Source: Octopus sinensis
Lineage: Eukaryota
Length of the DNA stretch: 64,000 nt
Reading direction: 5' to 3'
Assembly: GCF_006345805.1 (NCBI RefSeq)
Contig: NC_042997.1
Location: 212,660,001 to 212,724,000 of the forward strand
Made by a program: the position numbers and the translations under genes. The notes under the pieces were generated by a model. It searched no databases. It had not been told where the DNA came from and worked only from the letters and a program-made list of their open reading frames with translations. Positions 60,760 to 64,000 of the stretch are shown here, piece by piece. Numbering within the stretch: position 1 is the first letter of the stretch; every line of letters begins with the position of its first letter.

Positions 60760-63700
60760 GCTGCCACAACCGATGTCAGCACAACAAAAGGAAGGACTGA
60801 CAGGATTATTGAAATGCCGTAGTGGCATCATATAGACTTGTACAAGAAGTAAGATGAAAGGGAGCCTGTCCTAAACTCTTCACAGATAAGAAACAGATGT
60901 TCCAAGTCTTTTGGGTAGGTAACAGTGATGGAGTGAGTGGTGTAGGCATACTTGTGTTAAAAAAATGGGTCGATCAAGTAATTGAAGTAATCAACATGTG
61001 TGATTGGATAATTAAGCTGAGACAAGTCATAGATAAATCAGCAGTTATATTTATCTCTGCCTATGCTTGATGATCAGAAGGGCAACTTTATGAAGTGTTT
61101 TGCAGCTTACCACAAGGACAAATGACAGAGGCTTAGTTAATGTGGTTGGTGACCTCAAAGGCCATGTTGGGCAGCATTCCCTTTCGGTTTTGTGGTGTGC
61201 ATGGAAGTTAGTTTTGTCTCTAGAAATGAGGAGGAAGCAAGGATGCTGGACTTCTGTGCTACAAATGATCTGATGACCTGCAACATTAACTTCAAGAAGC
61301 TAGCCAGCTACATGATCCCCTACCAACCCGGTAGGGGATCAGTCAGTTGGACTACATTCTCATCAGGCAATGAGCTTGATAGGTACTTATAAATGCAAAG
61401 TCTTTCTCTAGTGAAGAGTGCACAACCCAACATGAGTAAGTAGTTAGTGACTTCAGAAAACTGGAGATAGAAGGAGTTGAAGAAGCAAATTGGTCTGGTA
61501 AAGGAGGTTATGGAAACTCAAAGACCCAGCAAGCTGGCAGAAATTTAGAGATGTTCTGATGGAATCTAACGAGGAGGAAGAGTGTTGGGGACATATAGGT
61601 TAGAGGACAAATGGAGGTACCTGTAAGACAAGGTACTAAGGGTGACAACCCAGCTCTGTGGCTGGTGCAAAGTCTGGCCAAGCTGAGGGTGACATGGAGG
61701 TGGAACAAGGAAGTAGAGAGTGCTATGAAGGCAAAGAGACAGGCTTGAGAAAGACTGGAAAAATGGAGGTGGCAGAGACATCAGGTAGTCTAAAGGGGAG
61801 CTAGGTGACAGGTTTACATAGGAAAGGGAGAAGCTCAGGGTAAGAGATTTGTTGATACGAGGATCAGAGAATGGATAATGGTAAGTTTGCACTTAGTGGT
61901 GCAGAGAAGAAAGATGCATGGAAGTGTCATTATGAAAGGTTGCTAAATGTGAAGAATGCATGGGAGAAGGAACATCTTCCAAATATAGAATCAACTGAGG
62001 GACCAATCAAAGTTGACAGCAATATGATATATAAAGCAATTAAAGATATGAAGACAGGGAATGCCCCTGGAATATCAGCAATCAGTACTGAGACACTTAA
62101 AATATCTGGTAGACTAGGATATGATCTAACCCCCACCCCATATAGTTAATCAGGCAGTACAGAAAGGTGTCATGCCCAGTAACTGGTCTAGCAACTGGCA
62201 TAATAGTTAGTTGCTACAAGGAGATTCCTTAGACAGAAACAATTACTGAGGTACCATTCTGGTGGACCCAGTCACGAAAGTTACAGAGAGAATTATAGCC
62301 TAATTGGTTGGGAACAAAAGACGCGAAGGAGTTTGGTTCTGTGCCAGGGAGAAATGTTATGGATAGCATCTTCTTAGCGAGACAACTTCAGGATAAGTAT
62401 CCTTGCTAAAAGTGAACCATTGTACTTGGCTTTCATTGACCGGGAGAAAGCTTTTGACAGTTTGTCACTCTATGATAAGGTAGACTATAAGGAAGCTAGG
62501 AATTGATGAATGGGTTGTCAGGGCCATACAAGCTGTGTATAGGGCTACAATCAGTAAGGTGAGAGTCAGCCATGAGTGCAGTGATGAAATTAATATACAA
62601 TTAGGAGTTCATCAGGGCTCAGTTCCCAGTTCCCTTCTATTCATAACAGACCTCCAGCCCATAAGAGAGAAATCTAAGACTGGCTGCTATGGGAACTGCT
62701 ATATACTGGTGACCATGCTCTTATAGTGGAATCTGTAGCAGAATTTAAAAAAGAAATTCCGGGTAAGGAAGCAAAACCCAGAATTGAAGAGCCTTAAAGT
62801 TAACCAGGTGAAGACCAAATTTGTTGTTAGCAAGAAAGTGGATAAGACTCTCTTTCCATCAGGTAAAAGACTCATTATGTAGGAATAGTGTTGGAAGGAA
62901 TTCCACTCGATGCACTTAGTGCAAGCTATATAGATATGAGAGCTGCAGTGGAAACAAAACACTAAATACATGCAGGAATTAGATTTTCTCAAATAGACCT
63001 ACAGGTTGCAGATGGTTTCTGATACCTAGGTGGCCAAATTAGTTGTGGAGGAAGACACCTGAAAGACACCTGAAAGTATAGTTGCTAGAAGAAGAATAGG
63101 AAGGAAGAAGTTCAGAGAATTATTATTACCTCTGTTGGCAACAAAGAAATGTATCTCTCTCCTGTTTTCTCTCTCTTTCTCTCACTCTCTCTCTCCTTGC
63201 TCTCTGCTTCTCCTCCTCTCTCTCTCTCTGTGAAAGGCAGATTATATTTGCTTGTGTATGAAAGGCTATAGTCCACAGTAGTGAGACATGGGCTCATGGG
63301 CTCTGAATACAGAGGACAATAGCTGGAAAGGAATGAAGCTAGTATGCTCTGATGGATGCATAACCAGTGGGCAAGTATAACAAAGTGCAAATGCATTGAG
63401 TAAAAAGTTGGGCATAAGAGGAATCAAATGTAGCATGCAAGAGAGAAGACTGTGATGGTTTGGTTATGTTCTGTGCATGAATGAGGACAGCTGTATAAAG
63501 AAGTGCTGATTGCTTAAAGTGGATGGAATCTTCAGAAGAAGGAAACCCAAGAAGACATTGGAAGAAGCAGTGAGGGCTGATCTCAAGATATTGATCCTCA
63601 CAGAGGAGACGACACTGGACTGAAATGTCTTGTAATGTTAGGCTCTTGACAAGACCTGCCCAACTCAGCAAAACTGAAGTTGTGAGGGCTGATCCAAAGA

Positions 63701-63890
63701 TATTTAGCCCCAAAGAAGGGACAACAAAGGACTGAGATGTCTTGTGATATGAGGTTCTTGAGAATCCTCACCCGTCTCAGTAAAACTAAATTCTGGAAGC
63801 AGTGGGGGCTGATCTCAAGATATTGATCCTCACAGACAAGATGACAATAGACTGAAATGTTTTGTAATGTTAGGTTCTTGACAAGACTGA
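60760..63890 (+). mobile_element. Near full-length degenerate RTE LINE (AP endonuclease + RT + C-terminus)
   Basis: GVSGVGILV..ISAYA, GDLKGHVG, MLDFCATNDL, WKCHYERLLNV, KDMKTGNAPGI, AFIDREKAFD, GVHQGSVPSSLLF, GKPKKTLEEAVRADL; many stops and frameshifts; ORF end triplicated. Confidence 0.88.
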
Positions 63891-64000
63891 CTCACCTTAT
63901 GTGCTCTCCACCTTATGTGCTCTCACCTTATGTGCTCACTTTATGTGCTCTCCACCCACATCTTAATTCAACCCCACCAATGAACCCCAAAGTAAACCTC

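Overview
AT-rich, repeat-saturated eukaryotic DNA. The repeat content (three tRNA-headed SINE families, abundant RTE LINE pieces with (GAT)n tails, long TA/CA/CAT/ACC microsatellites) looks like an octopus-type cephalopod genome; this is inference from pattern recognition, not a database hit. I found no confident host protein-coding gene, and most long ORFs in the track are artefacts of simple repeats. Supported elements include a near-complete mariner (D34D, TIRs, TA TSD), a DD37D maT-type relic with a nested piggyBac-type MITE, and a Tc1-type MITE. Also present are a non-autonomous Helitron, several RTE and R4/Dong-like LINE fragments, a Penelope-like GIY-YIG remnant and a U6 snRNA copy. Three RNA-level observations stand out. 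(1) The full-length U6 copy is fused directly to a SINE/LINE-type 3' tail, making it a candidate U6-headed retroposon. (2) An apparently intact extended type I hammerhead ribozyme (57268-57370, minus) lies next to a 29-bp hairpin, and two further families of minimal hammerheads sit in short elements beside TA or AAT microsatellites. (3) The RTE 3' UTR is built from tandem modules predicted to fold as compact H-type pseudoknots. A 62-bp x5 tandem of Helitron-end-like units and a 160-bp-arm foldback are also notable. All structures were folded by eye; none is experimentally or computationally verified.
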